Below are positions 27,678 through 39,628 of a DNA stretch of 64,000 bases, one piece after another. The stretch spans positions 159,526,001-159,590,000 of the forward strand of contig OX597815.1 in the NCBI GenBank assembly GCA_951406725.2, written 5' to 3'. A program made the position numbers and the translations under genes. Source of the stretch: Octopus vulgaris. Its lineage: Eukaryota. Position 1 is the stretch's first letter. Each line of letters starts with the position of its first letter. Below the pieces are notes generated by a model, which made no database searches, was not told the DNA's origin, and worked only from the letters and a program-made list of their open reading frames with translations.

Positions 27678-28203
27678 GTAAGTAGCCACTCTTAAAAGAG
27701 AGCATTTTATTCAGTGTATATGCACATGATGTATGCATGCGTTCTCGTCTCTGTGAAGTTTTGCCTGTCATTGCCTTCCTCAGATGACCCATGATATTGT
27801 GAAGTCATGTTGAACTTTAACCTCGAGTCAGAGCTACTTTTGTCTGCTTTGGCATAGTTTCTATAGCTGGATGCCCTTTCTTATACCACATACTTTACAG
27901 TGGCACCAGTGACATCTCCGAGTAACTCACACAACGCAACTCCTCTTCTCAGTGGTGCTGGGAATATAGTATTGAGAAAGGTGAAAATATGGTGGGTGGC
28001 TGGAAGAGGAAAAACATAGCTTCCCCAGCTGGAAAAAGAGAGTGACGGTAAAGGCATAACCTATGGTGAATATACCAGAGAGAATAGGAATAGAGTATTA
28101 GAAAGGATAACTTAGTGAAAGTTTGAAAGGAGTGCAACAGATTACAATGTGTAGCAGCGAGCTACAGGAACAGAAGCGTTTCTGCCAGCTCGCTACAGAA
28201 AAT

Positions 28204-28433
28204 GGCGAGCTGGCAGAAACGTTAGCGCGCCGGGTGAAATGCTTAGCGGTATTTCGTCCACCGTTACGTTCTGAGTTCAAATTCCGCTGAGGTCAACTTT
28301 GCCTTTCATCCTTTCGGGGTCGATAAATAAAGTACCAGTTACACACTGGAGTCGATCTAATCGACTTAATCCCTTTGTCTGTCCTTGTTTGTTCCCTCTA
28401 TATTTAGCCCCTTGTGGGCAATAAAGAAATAAG
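28204..28433 (+). mobile_element. tRNA-derived SINE family B (Nin-domain-like). Other copies near 5140-5320(-), 29670-29920, 58803-59500 (x3), 59975-60150, 62735-62935
   Basis: B box gagttcaaattc, core gcctttcatcctttcggggtcgataaataaagtacc, and a 16-bp TSD agattacaatgtgtag. Confidence 0.88.
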
Positions 28434-29000
28434 ATTACAATGTGTAGTATGATATTTGTCCTTGGATAGCAACTGCTATTTTCTATTTGCTTACTCCTAG
28501 AAAATTTGTAAAATGGCTAATATTTCCTTCAAACTTTACTTTGGCTACATTTATTCAGACTCCCAAAGAATCCCTCTGAACACACGGCTGTGATGCTCCC
28601 CTACTAATCCTGCTCACGATCAGAGATGTACATATTGTCAACTGCTAAAGGCCATGCACAAGTGGTCAAAGTCTAGCAGCAAACAAACAAATCTGTGGTA
28701 TTGAGCAGAATATTTGCTATAGTAGTATTTCTGCTTCAGCAATTCAGTGGTGAATCTGTCTGAAATGTAATAGATAATAGGTCACTTTCAAAACATTGAT
28801 GTCCAAGTGGCAAAAGCAAAGTTTGAAGGGAATAGTAGTCATTTCCTTTGATTTCTAGATAAAAGCAAAGAAATAAAGACTGACCAAAGATGAAATAAAT
28901 TAAAATTTTATTACACTGTAAGAAAATTGTGTGAATATGTATGTATACACATATATGTATATATCAGTGTGTGTGTGTGTGTGTCTGTATGTGTATGTAT

Positions 29001-29225
29001 GTCATTCAGTTTTATATCAAGATTTCTTGCCAATAGAGAAAGAGCTGGTTTCTAACTTAGATCCGAGGTGCTTTCATTTGAATTTCAGCAACATCAACAA
29101 GGTATTTTTGCATGCATGTGTATATGTGTGCAGTATTTGGAGTTAGTGCATGTGCAGATTTGTATGTTTTGTTTTATTTATATATTATCATGCACATGTC
29201 CAGGCATGCTTGTATATTATTAAAT
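29001..29225 (-). mobile_element. Second copy of the same R4-like element, 3' UTR only
   Basis: Aligns to 769-995 (caagatttcttgccaatagagaaaga...tttctaac.tagatcc) and abuts a (TACA)/(CA) microsatellite at the same end. Confidence 0.8.
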
Positions 29226-29283
29226 GTATATATGTACGCACATTTGTATGGATGTATAAGCTCTGTTTCTTTCATATGTGCAG

Positions 29284-29433
29284 ACAATCTTGTTTAGTGT
29301 TGAAGAAGAGATACTCGAAGCTGTGTCCAGGAATGATGATGCATATGAAGGTGAAACTCTTGAAGATATTAGCTGGGAAGATGAGATTGGCAACCAGCGG
29401 CCCACTACTGCAGCACAGGCCAATAACAATGAG
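29284..29433 (+). CDS. KATNIP: KATNIP exon D (TILFSVEEEILEAVSRNDD...QRPTTAAQANNNE)
   Basis: tgcag acceptor, gtaaaa donor, 150 nt, phase 0-0. It continues FGD|TILF..ILEA and contains the RPxTA motif. Confidence 0.9.
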
Positions 29434-29984
29434 GTAAAAATATTTGTAGAATCATTGATGAGTGTTCAGCAATCATGGATAAATGAATTGATGCTATTGT
29501 TGTTTTTGTTGTTGTTTATAGTTTTGTGGGTAGTGTTGTTGTTCTTCGTCAGCTCTTATCCAGACACCCTTGTAGCAAATGACATTCAAACCTAGTTTAT
29601 CTACAGTAGTGTTTCTAAAAGTGTGGTGCATTCCTACCAGTGAAGAATGGCAATATTCTTGTTGGACATGAAGTCAGTGAATTGGTAGAATCATTAGCAT
29701 ACCAGGAAAAATGCTTAGCAGTATTTTGACTATCTTTATGCTCCGAATACAAATTCCACCAAGGTCGACTTTGCCTTTCATCCTTTCAGAGTTCACTTTG
29801 GGTGACTTTGTTTTTCATCCTTCCAGATTTGATAAAATAATAGTTGAGCACTGAGGTCAGTGTAATGGACTTAACCACTCCCTCAAAATTTCAGGCCTTG
29901 TGCCTATGGTAGACAGAAATATCATTATCATCGTCATCATCATTGTCATCGTCGTCGTCGTTATTATAATTATTATTATTATTG

Positions 29985-30500
29985 AGTCTGAGAGCTGTGC
30001 ATGCCATCAAAGTGACACTGCGGTACAAATATATGAAGCCCAATGATAAGGATACACCAGGCTTGTGCATCACAACCACATGTACATGACATCATGATCT
30101 CATATCAAGATAAACAGAGTGTGGCCTTACAGGTGGGGCCCAGTTAAAAATTATTTCATGCCAAGTAGCCCATCTCACTCAAAAGGTCCATGAAAAGGCT
30201 GTTGTTTGAGAATGTTGAATGAAACACCCATATCTCCAGAGCTGAATTATTCAAAGCCCAAAGAATTCCTCTCAACACATAGCTATAATGCTCCCCCACT
30301 ATTCCTGCTCATGATCAGAGATGTGCATATCATCAGCCACCAAGGGACATGGTCAATTGGTGAAGGTGAAGTAACCGACAAGCAAATCTGTGGTATTGAG
30401 CAGAATATTTGCTGTATGCCGTCTTGTACATGATAACTTTTCCAATCAGTTAAGATCAGTTAAGATCAGAAACCATGAGAACCGCTGCCTGGTATTGCTT
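29985..30500. repeat. Unclassified ~500-bp interspersed repeat; copies at 36200-36735 and partial 28465-28725
   Basis: Shared atgccatcaaagtgacactg...gatcagagatg...caaatctgtggtattgagca blocks. Confidence 0.8.
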
Positions 30501-30508
30501 CAGGGCAT

Positions 30509-30540
<32 letters not shown>

Positions 30541-31519
30541 GAGAACCACTGTCTGGTATTGCTTCAGGGCATATCATCATCATCATCATCATCATCAATT
30601 TATTTATTTATTTATTTATTTATTTTGCATGACAATAATGTTAGTGATTCCGTTAGTTTTGTTCACTGAACATCAAGCCATGACTCTTTGGTTCAGCTAC
30701 ACTTCAAGGTTCTAGCTGTCTTGAACTGGATAAAAGCAAATTTTATCATCATCACCACCACTACCACCTACTGTTTTTATCATTATTATGTTTTGATGCA
30801 TATGAATGCTTCTTATAATTGCTGTAAAGAATTTGGATTATTTCCAAGTTTTAATAGAAGAAATTTTCCAATTTTGATTTATTTTGTAAACAGGGAATTA
30901 TTAGGATAACTGTCCAAATGTTTTAGTTGGTTGTCTGTCCCAGTACATGTCACAGACAAAAGGTCTGGCTTCCAGCTATTATTTTATTTCCATCCAAATA
31001 ATTTTCAGATGTTTATAGTGTATTCAGTATGACTTCTTCTAGAGGTGAAGCAAGCAATACTGACAAGAAAGATGTTAGCCTCCTAAAAAGAAAACAATGG
31101 AATAATTTTTGAATACATGCAAATGAAATTTTAGCTGCTGTACAAACAGATCTGAAGAAAAGATGAAAAAAGATAGGTGCAGGCATGGCTGTGTGGTAAG
31201 AAGCTTTCTTCCCAACCATATGGTCCCAGGTTCAGTCCCACTGCATAGCACCTTGGGCAAGTGTCTTCTGCTATATCCTCAGGTCAACCAAAGCCTTGTG
31301 AGTGGACTTGTTAGGCAGAAACTAAAAGAAGCCCTTTGTATGTTTGTGTTTGTATTTGTCTCCCACCACTGCTTGATGACTTTGGTTGCTGTGTTTATGT
31401 CCTGGTAACTTAAAAGTTTAGCAAAAGAGACTGATAAAATAAGTACCAGTCTTAAAAAAAAAAATAAGGAAGCCTTTAATGTATTTTTTATTTTGTTATG
31501 ACTGGCTTCCAACTCGGGT

Positions 31520-31812
31520 CACAACAACAAAGTCCACCCACCACACTTCTTTGTTTATCATCACTGCCTCAAGTTCCTGGATACATTCCAGGCCAGTGTC
31601 TGAAATCAAGTTGTCAATGTGTGATGACATTTTCCTCTTACATAACATGAAGTGAGTTCCACAATGACTGATCTGGATGCTTCCTATTCAGGGTGGTGCA
31701 TGCAGTGACCAGATAGTTTGCAGCTGTCTTTGTCTCATCTTTTCATCAACTTTTGGCAGGTCCCCATAAAGGCATTCATTTGTCATATGTTGTTGCTGTT
31801 TCTCATTTAGGA
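31520..31812 (-). mobile_element. Decayed RTE/RTEX-like LINE 3' fragment
   Basis: The minus strand reads HMTNECLYGDLPKVDEKMRQRQLQ, similar to the HxTNxxLYGxLPxIxxKIRxRRL C-terminal motif. Confidence 0.5.
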
Positions 31813-32589
31813 TTTCACTTCCTCACATTTCCTCTTGATACACTATGATTATCTCCCACTCTCCTTCCCTCACCTCACTGCCCTGCTCACTGTTTTGCTG
31901 CTTTCCCCCACCTCATTTTTATACCCAGGATTTCACCAGTCACTGCAATCCCCTCTCCTACTCGTGCCTTCTTGGCAATACCTGCCACATATATTATGCC
32001 CTGGCAATTGCCACCATTTATCTCTCTCTCTTCCTTGCTCTCCCATTCCATCTATGCTCTGATCCTTGTTAATCATGAGTATACTCTGGCTCTTCACCAC
32101 CATCTCTCTCCTGCTCTCTCTTGTACTTATCATGTGACACAAAATGGCCCCTCCCCTCTCAAAATTCCTTGTCTTGCTAATTGCATAGTGACCCTGCTTG
32201 TGCTGGTGGCATGTAGAAAGCACTCAATCCACTCTATAGAGTGGCTAGTGTTAGGAAGAGCATTCGGCCATAAAACCCCTGCCAAAACAGACATAGTAAC
32301 CGAGAGTAGTCTTGTCCCTGGCAGGGTTTTTGCGACTGGATGTCCTTCTTAACACCAACCACCCACCCAGCCAGCAGAGTAAACTGGGTGCTTTTTACGT
32401 GACATGGGCACAGGCAACATCAGTTTTGGCATTGTTTTTATGGCTGGATGCCCTTCCAAACACCAACCACTTTACAGTGTGGACTGGATGCTTTTTACAT
32501 GACATCAGTACTCGCAGGGTCACCAAGTAACTTGCAAGACAAACAACTGAATTGCCAGCTAGTTGAGTTAATGTGTAAGCTGCTATCAT

Positions 32590-32958
32590 TCTACAAACGT
32601 GTGTATCTTTACAGTTCTATATTTGAGAGACGAAGAATTATGTACATTAATTACATTACTTACATTCGACGGATATTTGTCCTCATCTTGTTTGTTGTTA
32701 ACACAACTTTTCGGCTGACATACCCTCCAGCCTTCATCAGGTGTCTTGGGGAAATTTTGAATCTAGGTTCCTATTCCTAAGGTATTCTCCACTGTTGTTA
32801 TTATTGATTAGGTCACTGCTTGGAATCGAACTCGGAATCTTGGGATTAGTAGCCCACGCTCTTAACTACCACGCCATATGCCCATGGGCATATCAGCCGA
32901 AACATTGTTTTAACAACAAACAAGATGAGGACAAATATACGTCGAATGTAAATAATGT
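32590..32958 (-). mobile_element. tRNA-headed SINE-like element with hammerhead and inverted terminal duplication
   Basis: tRNA-like head at 32811-32883 with A and B boxes, hammerhead at 32700-32745, and inverted arms 32653-32721 / 32890-32958. Confidence 0.75.
32700..32745 (-). ncRNA. Minimal type I hammerhead ribozyme
   Basis: GACAC-CUGAUGA-A-GGCUG[10]CAGCC-GAAA-AG-UU/GUGUU. Stems I and II pair. Stem III is probably a mutated AACGUU palindrome. Confidence 0.75.
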
Positions 32959-33337
32959 GTGTATCATTGATATAATTTTTAGGCAGAATTAGTTTCATAC
33001 AATGCATGACCTAGCTGCATCTTTGAACTGCTGGTAGAATGCAACCTACAGGCTTCCACACAGTTTCTAGTTATCCAGTTGCACAAGGTTTGGGTTGACT
33101 TGGAGTAGTTGTAAAAGATACTCAACCCTTTAGTTTCCAGATTACTTTGTCAGATGTATTGCTTATCTATTCACATTGTTCTGAATTAATCATGCATTAT
33201 CTTGTAGTTTTGAGATTTTTATGAGGTCACTGTTAACTTTTTGAATGATGTTATAGAGTTGGTGCGAAAGGCCAGAGCTGGCCAGTCTGAACATAAAGCA
33301 GGTAGAATATTTTGGCCAGATATGGCCTGTTTAAATA

Positions 33338-33568
33338 TTACTCCTTTACTCTTTTAATTGTTTCAGACATTTGACTGCGGCCATGCTGGAGCATCGCCTT
33401 TAGTCGAGCAAATCGACCCCAGGACTTATTCTTTGTAAGCCTAGTACTTATTCTATCGGTCTCTTTTGCTGAACTGCTAAGTTACAGGGATGCAAACACA
33501 CCAGCATCGGTTGTCAAACGATGTTGGGGGGGAGGAGACAAACACACACACATACACACTCACATATA

Positions 33569-33614
<46 letters not shown>

Positions 33615-33792
33615 TACATATACATACATATATACTACGGGCTTCTTTGAGTTTCCGTCTACCAAATCCACTCTCAAGGCTTTGGTCGGCCTGAGGCTAT
33701 AGTAGAAAACACTTGTCCAAGGTGCTACACAGTGGGACTGAACCCGGAACCATGTGGTTGGTAAGCAAGCTATTTACCCTGCAGCCACTCCT
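33338..33792 (-). mobile_element. SINE family A copy inserted in the right TIR of a TTAA MITE
   Basis: Near-identical to 21089-21517. The MITE sequence stops at gtttaaat and resumes as taaagagttaa at 33793. Confidence 0.88.
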
Positions 33793-34555
33793 TAAAGAGT
33801 TAAACATGATGCCAATCTTATTGGATCAAGCCAGGCACAATCTTGTGATTGCAGGGCAAGCTACTTTATTGTTCAGCCATGCTGCATCTGCTTTGTGGCA
33901 ATGATACTGTACAGTAGTAAGTGGAAATGTTAAAGAATTTCCGTGACTCTGGTAGTGATTGCTGATTATTAGATTATGCATCGAAACTCCATAGAACTTT
34001 TGAATTCTCAAGTTTACAAGACAGGTATAATTTCACAAGACATTACCTATCACATTATGTTTCCCTTTAAGTTGTGAAAAGATAGATAAATAAATAAATA
34101 AAAAGAAACGGATATCCAGGTGTTGTATATAATGGTTTTTCTCCAAGAATGTTTTATGGTTATAATATTAGACAACAAATCTAACAAGTGTGTTATTTCA
34201 GAAAACAAGACTCTCAGGCAACATTTATAACATATTATAGGAATTATCAATGTGTGTCTAGTAGCGAAAACCAATCATTGTATGGAAAAATGTTGCTGCT
34301 GCAATGTCTATGGGAGATTTTTTTTTTCCTTCATAAAAGATAATATGTTTACTTATTAATGTCTTGTGGTTTGAAATAGGCACCGGCATGGCTGTGTGGT
34401 AAGAAGTTTGCTTTGAAAGCACATTGTGTTGGGTTCAGTCCCACTATGTGGCACCTAGGGCAAGTGTCTTTTATAGCCCTGTGCCAACAAAAACCCTGTG
34501 AGTGGACTTCATAAACTGTTGCATATATGAAGATATATATATACGTGTGTGTGTG

Positions 34556-34610
<55 letters not shown>

Positions 34611-34729
34611 ATATATATATATACATACACACACACACACATATATATGTATATATATATACATACACACACACATATATATATCTTCATATATACAGCA
34701 GGCTTTTGTCAGTTTATGAAGGTCACTAC

Positions 34730-34978
34730 CTATAATCTTAGGTAACCACAAGCTTTCAGTAGCTTTCAAGTATTCAAAACCTTCCTGACATTCTTTCCTG
34801 TCCATGAGGCAAACTTTCTGTTGAAGCCCTATTCTACTCTCCTTCAATTATTTGTCTATATCTTTGCTTACAGTTCCCAATGCTCCAATTATTAGATACA
34901 AAACCTCCACAGTTGCCATACTCCAGATTGTTGCAATTTCAAATTTTAAGGGATTGTATTTCTTTTGTTTTCCATCCA
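34730..34978 (-). mobile_element. Decayed 3' fragment of a different RLE-type (R4/Dong-like) LINE
   Basis: Translates as KQKKYNPLKFEIATIWSM...LIIGALGTVSK...LQQKVCL and lies next to an (ATT)n tract. Confidence 0.7.
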
Positions 34979-35010
34979 TTATTATCATTATTATTATTAT
35001 TATTACCACC

Positions 35011-35860
35011 ACCTCCACCTTAGCGAAGGCGGAGGTATTGTTTTCAGTCGTGTTTATTTGTTTGTTTCTCCGTGGACAAGATATCTCAAGAACTGCCCGA
35101 TGGATTTGGATGGAAATTTCAGAGATGTTTGGTCTTGTGACTGGCAGGAACGGATTACATTTTGAGATTGATCCAGTACCAAACAAGGATTTTAGATTAT
35201 TTATTATATTTACTTTACGTCATTACAATCATATGTCTTTCGAGTCTTTCTCAATTATCTCCCTTTGAGATGGTTCCAAAGTTTTATTTTCATTTCTCTA
35301 TTATTAATTTTACTCGCATCTCTATCTTAGTAGAAACTGATGAATAAAGAAATCAAACTATATAAGCAAATGGCAGGAAAACCATTCAGAAATTGAATAA
35401 CACTAACATAATTTTATAAGATATATATATTATATATGCATATTAACACTTTACAGTATACTTACATATATACATACATCTATACATCAATCTAAAACAA
35501 CAGGAATACTAAAGGAAACCTGGAATTTAAAAATTTAAAAATTCCTGAGTAAAACTTTTTATTATTACTCTGCCTTTGAATGGTGAATTTGTTGACTTTG
35601 GCTCGTATTAGATAAAGATAAACTATTTATTACTGTTACTAAATTTTCTACAGCCACCTTCACATTCCATGACTACCATCGCGATTGATCCGGTACCGGA
35701 CAAATATTCCGGATTATTTTTCCATTTTTTCATATTCTTGTTTGTGAGAGCAATCAAGTTTATTTCTGATATTCGCATTTTAATAATCATCTCCAGCTAA
35801 TCGTTGAGCGGACATTGGTGTTGCTTAGGTGGAAGTTTGCACTATCTGAGTGCTCTTGTT
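35011..35860 (+). mobile_element. Helentron-associated non-autonomous element (HINE/DINE-1-like)
   Basis: 5' hairpin acctccacctt-agcg-aaggcggaggt, a (gttt)n-like tract, 3' subTIR aggtggaagt at 35827, then stem-loop gcact-atctg-agtgc and tcttgtt. It sits inside an (ATT)n tract. Confidence 0.8.
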
Positions 35861-38231
35861 GTCATTATTATTATTATTATTATGATTATTGTGAGGATGC
35901 TTGGCCTATTGGTTAGGATGTTGCCCTTGTGATTGCAAGATTGTAGTTTCAGTTCCTAGATGAGGTGGTGTGTTGTGTTCTTGCGTGAAACATTTTGTCT
36001 CACCTTGCTCTGCAATCACATCGACACCTGATGCATGGCACACCATGCACCAATTTAGGCAATTTTGATTTGATGGTGTGATGAAGCTAATATACAGAAC
36101 ATACATTTTGTCACTATAAACAAATCATTTGTGTTGCTTGTTCAGCAAAAAAGCCGAACTCCTATACATCATCTTTGATGGGAGAATCCATTATCATCAT
36201 TGAATGAGAGAGTAGTTCATGCCATCAAAGTGACACTGGGGTACAAATATACAAAGCCCAATATATCCATCATGACCACTCATCTGATAAGGGTACACCA
36301 GACATGCATCACAACCATATGTGCATGACATGGTGATTTCATATGAAGATAAACAGCACATGGCCTTGTAGGTGGGGCTCAAAATTTTCTTCAGGTTGAG
36401 CAGCCTATTCCACTCAAAAGGTTCCTGAATAAGGTTTGTTTAAGGATGATAAACAGAGCACCCATGTTTTCAGAGGTGAATTATTCAAACAGGAAAGAAT
36501 TTCTCTCTACACACGGCTATGATACTCCCCCGCTGCTTCTGCTTGAGATCAGAGATGCGCTATCATCAGCCACTAAGTGACATGTTCAACTGGTAATGGT
36601 TAAGCAACTGACAAGCAAATCTGTGGTATTGAGCAAAATGTTTGTTGTAGGCCATGTTTTGCACCAAAACAAAACATGCACATGATAACATTTCCAATCA
36701 GTTAAGACCAGGAGCCATGAGAGCCAATATCTGACTGCCTAGAAGTTGATAACTTGTTACATAGGTGACCTAATTAGTAAGAATGGAATAGTGAAAGTTG
36801 AGGGAATTGGCAACAAAGGGTTTTTATATTGGAAAAAAGAGAAGATTGCATGATACTTGTGTATAAAACATGGGTGCTGGATTCAGGCAAAGAAATGAAT
36901 TGAACCTGTTCTGCTGGATGTGAAGTTCATGAATGACAGCACGATTAAGCTGGGAGAAAAACTATATATAAGGAGAATGATGGGTAGTGTAGAAAAGAGT
37001 GGATTTTATTACAAAAGCACAAAAAAAGAAACTGACCTTGTTTGTGCTGGTGTCATCTAAAGAGTGCCGGTGTCATCTAAAAAGTACTCAGTCCACTCTG
37101 TGGGGTGGGTCTTAGGAAGAACATTCATTCATAAAAACCATGCCAAAACAGACATCAAAGCCTGGTGCAGTCCTCTACCCAGCCAGCTCCTATCAAACCG
37201 TCCAACCCATGCCAGCATGGAAATCAGACTTTAAATGATTATGATGGTGGGGATTATTATTATTATTATTATTGGTGGTAGTGGTAGATGACATTCACAT
37301 CAAATTCAGTACATGACTGGTATTTGTTTTATTGAAAAGTCCTTCATTCTTTTGGTGTCATTAAAATAAAATCATTCATCTCATGAAAGTCTTGGCTTTG
37401 TAAGGAGACACTCTAGTGGTTCATCATCATAATTACCAAATTATATTTTTTGCTAGACATTTTTTTCTCTTTTTTTATTTTCAACTGCTTTGAATGAAGA
37501 TTTTAGCTACTAAAAATCAAATGTAATTTCTTTGAAGTATCTCAGTGCTGCAATATCGATTGATTTACTACCTTTCCTGTTATAGCATTGATGTGGTAGG
37601 AAAGCTTTTCTTAAGGGTACTAAAATAGGAATTTACATTAATAATTGGCTTCTCAACCTATTTTCATGTCATTTACTTGCTTGTCACCTTCACTCCTCAG
37701 AATGCATTCATTATGTATTGGATTTATTGTGTTAGATGTACTTTTAGTACATGTTTAATATTACTGTGTATTATGTTTAATTATGTTCTATTACTGTCTT
37801 GTGCTACGAAACCGTGTACTATTACTGTTGTTGTTGTTAAACGGATTATCAACCAAAAAATGAAAAAAAACGACATCTCTGTTTTTGGATTTGATTTTAT
37901 TTGCGACTCAAGAGGCCTAAGGCAAAATATTCCAGCCAACATCATTCTACATTTATGTATACAGTGTAAATGTTATAAATATTGATATTTTAATTCAATG
38001 CTGTTTGAAGCATGTATATTGATTTAATTTTTGTCTGGCCAGCTTTTGCACAAATCTGTAAATCTTTTGTTTACTGCTTTCTATATCAGAACAGATATTT
38101 TAGTCTAGCTCAGAGTGCCTGAATGTGTTTATTTTTCACTGAAGAGCCCAAATTAAGTTGAAACACTTGGGTCTGATGATCCACTGATAACATTTTGAGA
38201 GAACCTTATATTTATCAGCCCCATTCAGTCA

Positions 38232-38660
38232 TCATCATCATCGTTGTCGTTTAACGTCCACTTTCCATGCTAGCATGGGTTGGATGATTTGACTGAGGTT
38301 TGGCGAACCAGATGGCTGCACCAGACTCCAATCTGATCTGGCAGAGTTTCTACAGCTGGATGCCCTTCCTAACACCAACCACTCCAAGAGTGTAGTGGGT
38401 GCTTTTACGTGCCACCAGCACGAGGGCCAGTCAGGCGGTACTGGCAATGGCCACACTCAAATGGTGCTTTTTATATGCCACCTGCACAGTAGCCAGTTCA
38501 GTGGCCCTGGCAGCGACCTCGCTAGAATGTTTTTTTTTTCATGTGCCACCAGCACAAGTGCTAGTAGGCGATCCAGGTAATGATCACGCTCGAACGGTGT
38601 TTCTAATGTGCCATCAGCACGGAGGCCAGCTCATTGCTCTGGCCCCGATCTCACTCATAT
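38232..38660 (-). mobile_element. RTE-tail type short element with (GAT)n 3' tail. Many relatives, e.g. 3730-3920, 39660-39767, 51290-51608, 53955-54088, 56945-57540, 59501-59777, 59811-59946
   Basis: Recurrent end catcatcgtttaacgtcc.tttccatgctagcatgggttgga and core ggctggatgcccttcctaa.gccaaccac. Confidence 0.8.
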
Positions 38661-38878
38661 GGTTCTCTGTATATAAATTATGTTATGCAGAATGTTATTT
38701 TACTCTATTTGCTAGTGGTACACAGCATCCTGCCAGTTTTAAAGGAGTAGGAGACGTTGTTTTAATGGTAGAGAGGGAAAAACATAGCACTTAGTATCTT
38801 ACATTCCAATAAACATAATTCAAAAGCAGTAACATAATTGTAAATCATCTTCTTTGTTTTTATTCCTGTTATTCTAAG

Positions 38879-38993
38879 GACCGTCCTTTCACTCAAGCTT
38901 GTGGGAATGATGCTGATCTACAAGACCACATGTCAACATTAGATCTTATGGATTCCCTTGATAATGAAAATTCCTCAGTTTTAAAAGGAAAAT
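38879..38993 (+). CDS. KATNIP: KATNIP exon E (DRPFTQACGNDADLQDHMSTLDLMDSLDNENSSVLKGK), not in the ORF track
   Basis: Pyrimidine tract plus aag acceptor, gtaagt donor, 115 nt, phase 0-1. RPFTQA motif. The trailing t joins the gt of the next exon to give Cys (GKCLTLNF). Confidence 0.88.
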
Positions 38994-39371
38994 GTAAGTA
39001 GAAAATATTATATTTTCACTCCACACATCGCCTTTCATTCATCATCATAGTCATTGTTTCAATATCCACTTTTCCATGCTCACATGAGTCAGATGGAATT
39101 TAGAATTCGTTGAGGCAGATTTTCTTCAGCTGGATGCACTTCCTGTTGCCAACCTTCACCTGTTTCTAAGTAAGGCAATATTATCCTGTAGCCATTCATG
39201 TGCTTCATGAGAGACTGGAAATAAACTGCATTGTTTGTATGATGGTGACACTTGTTTACAACTATCACATGATCTCAAAAATGATGGCTAATCGTAGTAT
39301 TTTGTATATAACTAAGGTACAAAATACGGTACATAATAATCACAGACACAAACATTCACATACTTTTTTGT

Positions 39372-39628
39372 TCCTTCTCGAGTCATGCCTGGCTCATAAG
39401 GGCCAGTTTCCTGGTTTCCTTGGCATATAGGTTGCAAGATGCAGGAAGAAAGAGTGAGAGAAAGTTGTGGTGAAAGAGTCAGCAGAAGTTCGCCATTACC
39501 TTCTGCCGGAGCCACATGGAGCTTAGGTGTTTTGCTCAGAAACACACACATCGCCCGGTCTGAGATTTGAACCCACGATCCCTCGACCGCGAGTCTGCTG
39601 CTCTAACCACCAGGCCATGTGCCTCCAC
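39372..39628 (-). mobile_element. tRNA-derived SINE family E; related copy at 54741-55029(-)
   Basis: Head gtggaggcacatggcctggtggttagagcagcagactcgcggtcgagggatcgtgggttcaaatc has A and B boxes, and the body is shared with the second copy. Confidence 0.8.

Noticed and set aside
32811-32883. Functional tRNA gene (also the heads at ~39555-39628 and ~54955-55029)
   Set aside because: The acceptor stems do not pair properly and the sequences continue into repeat bodies, so they are SINE heads.
34349-34847. Many YIYI/CVCV/HTHT ORFs here and throughout the window
   Set aside because: These are stop-free frames of (TA)n, (CA)n and (TACA)n repeats.
38135-38175. Hammerhead-like ctgaaga...gaaac on the + strand
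   Set aside because: Stem II and stem III do not pair convincingly, so it may be a chance match.
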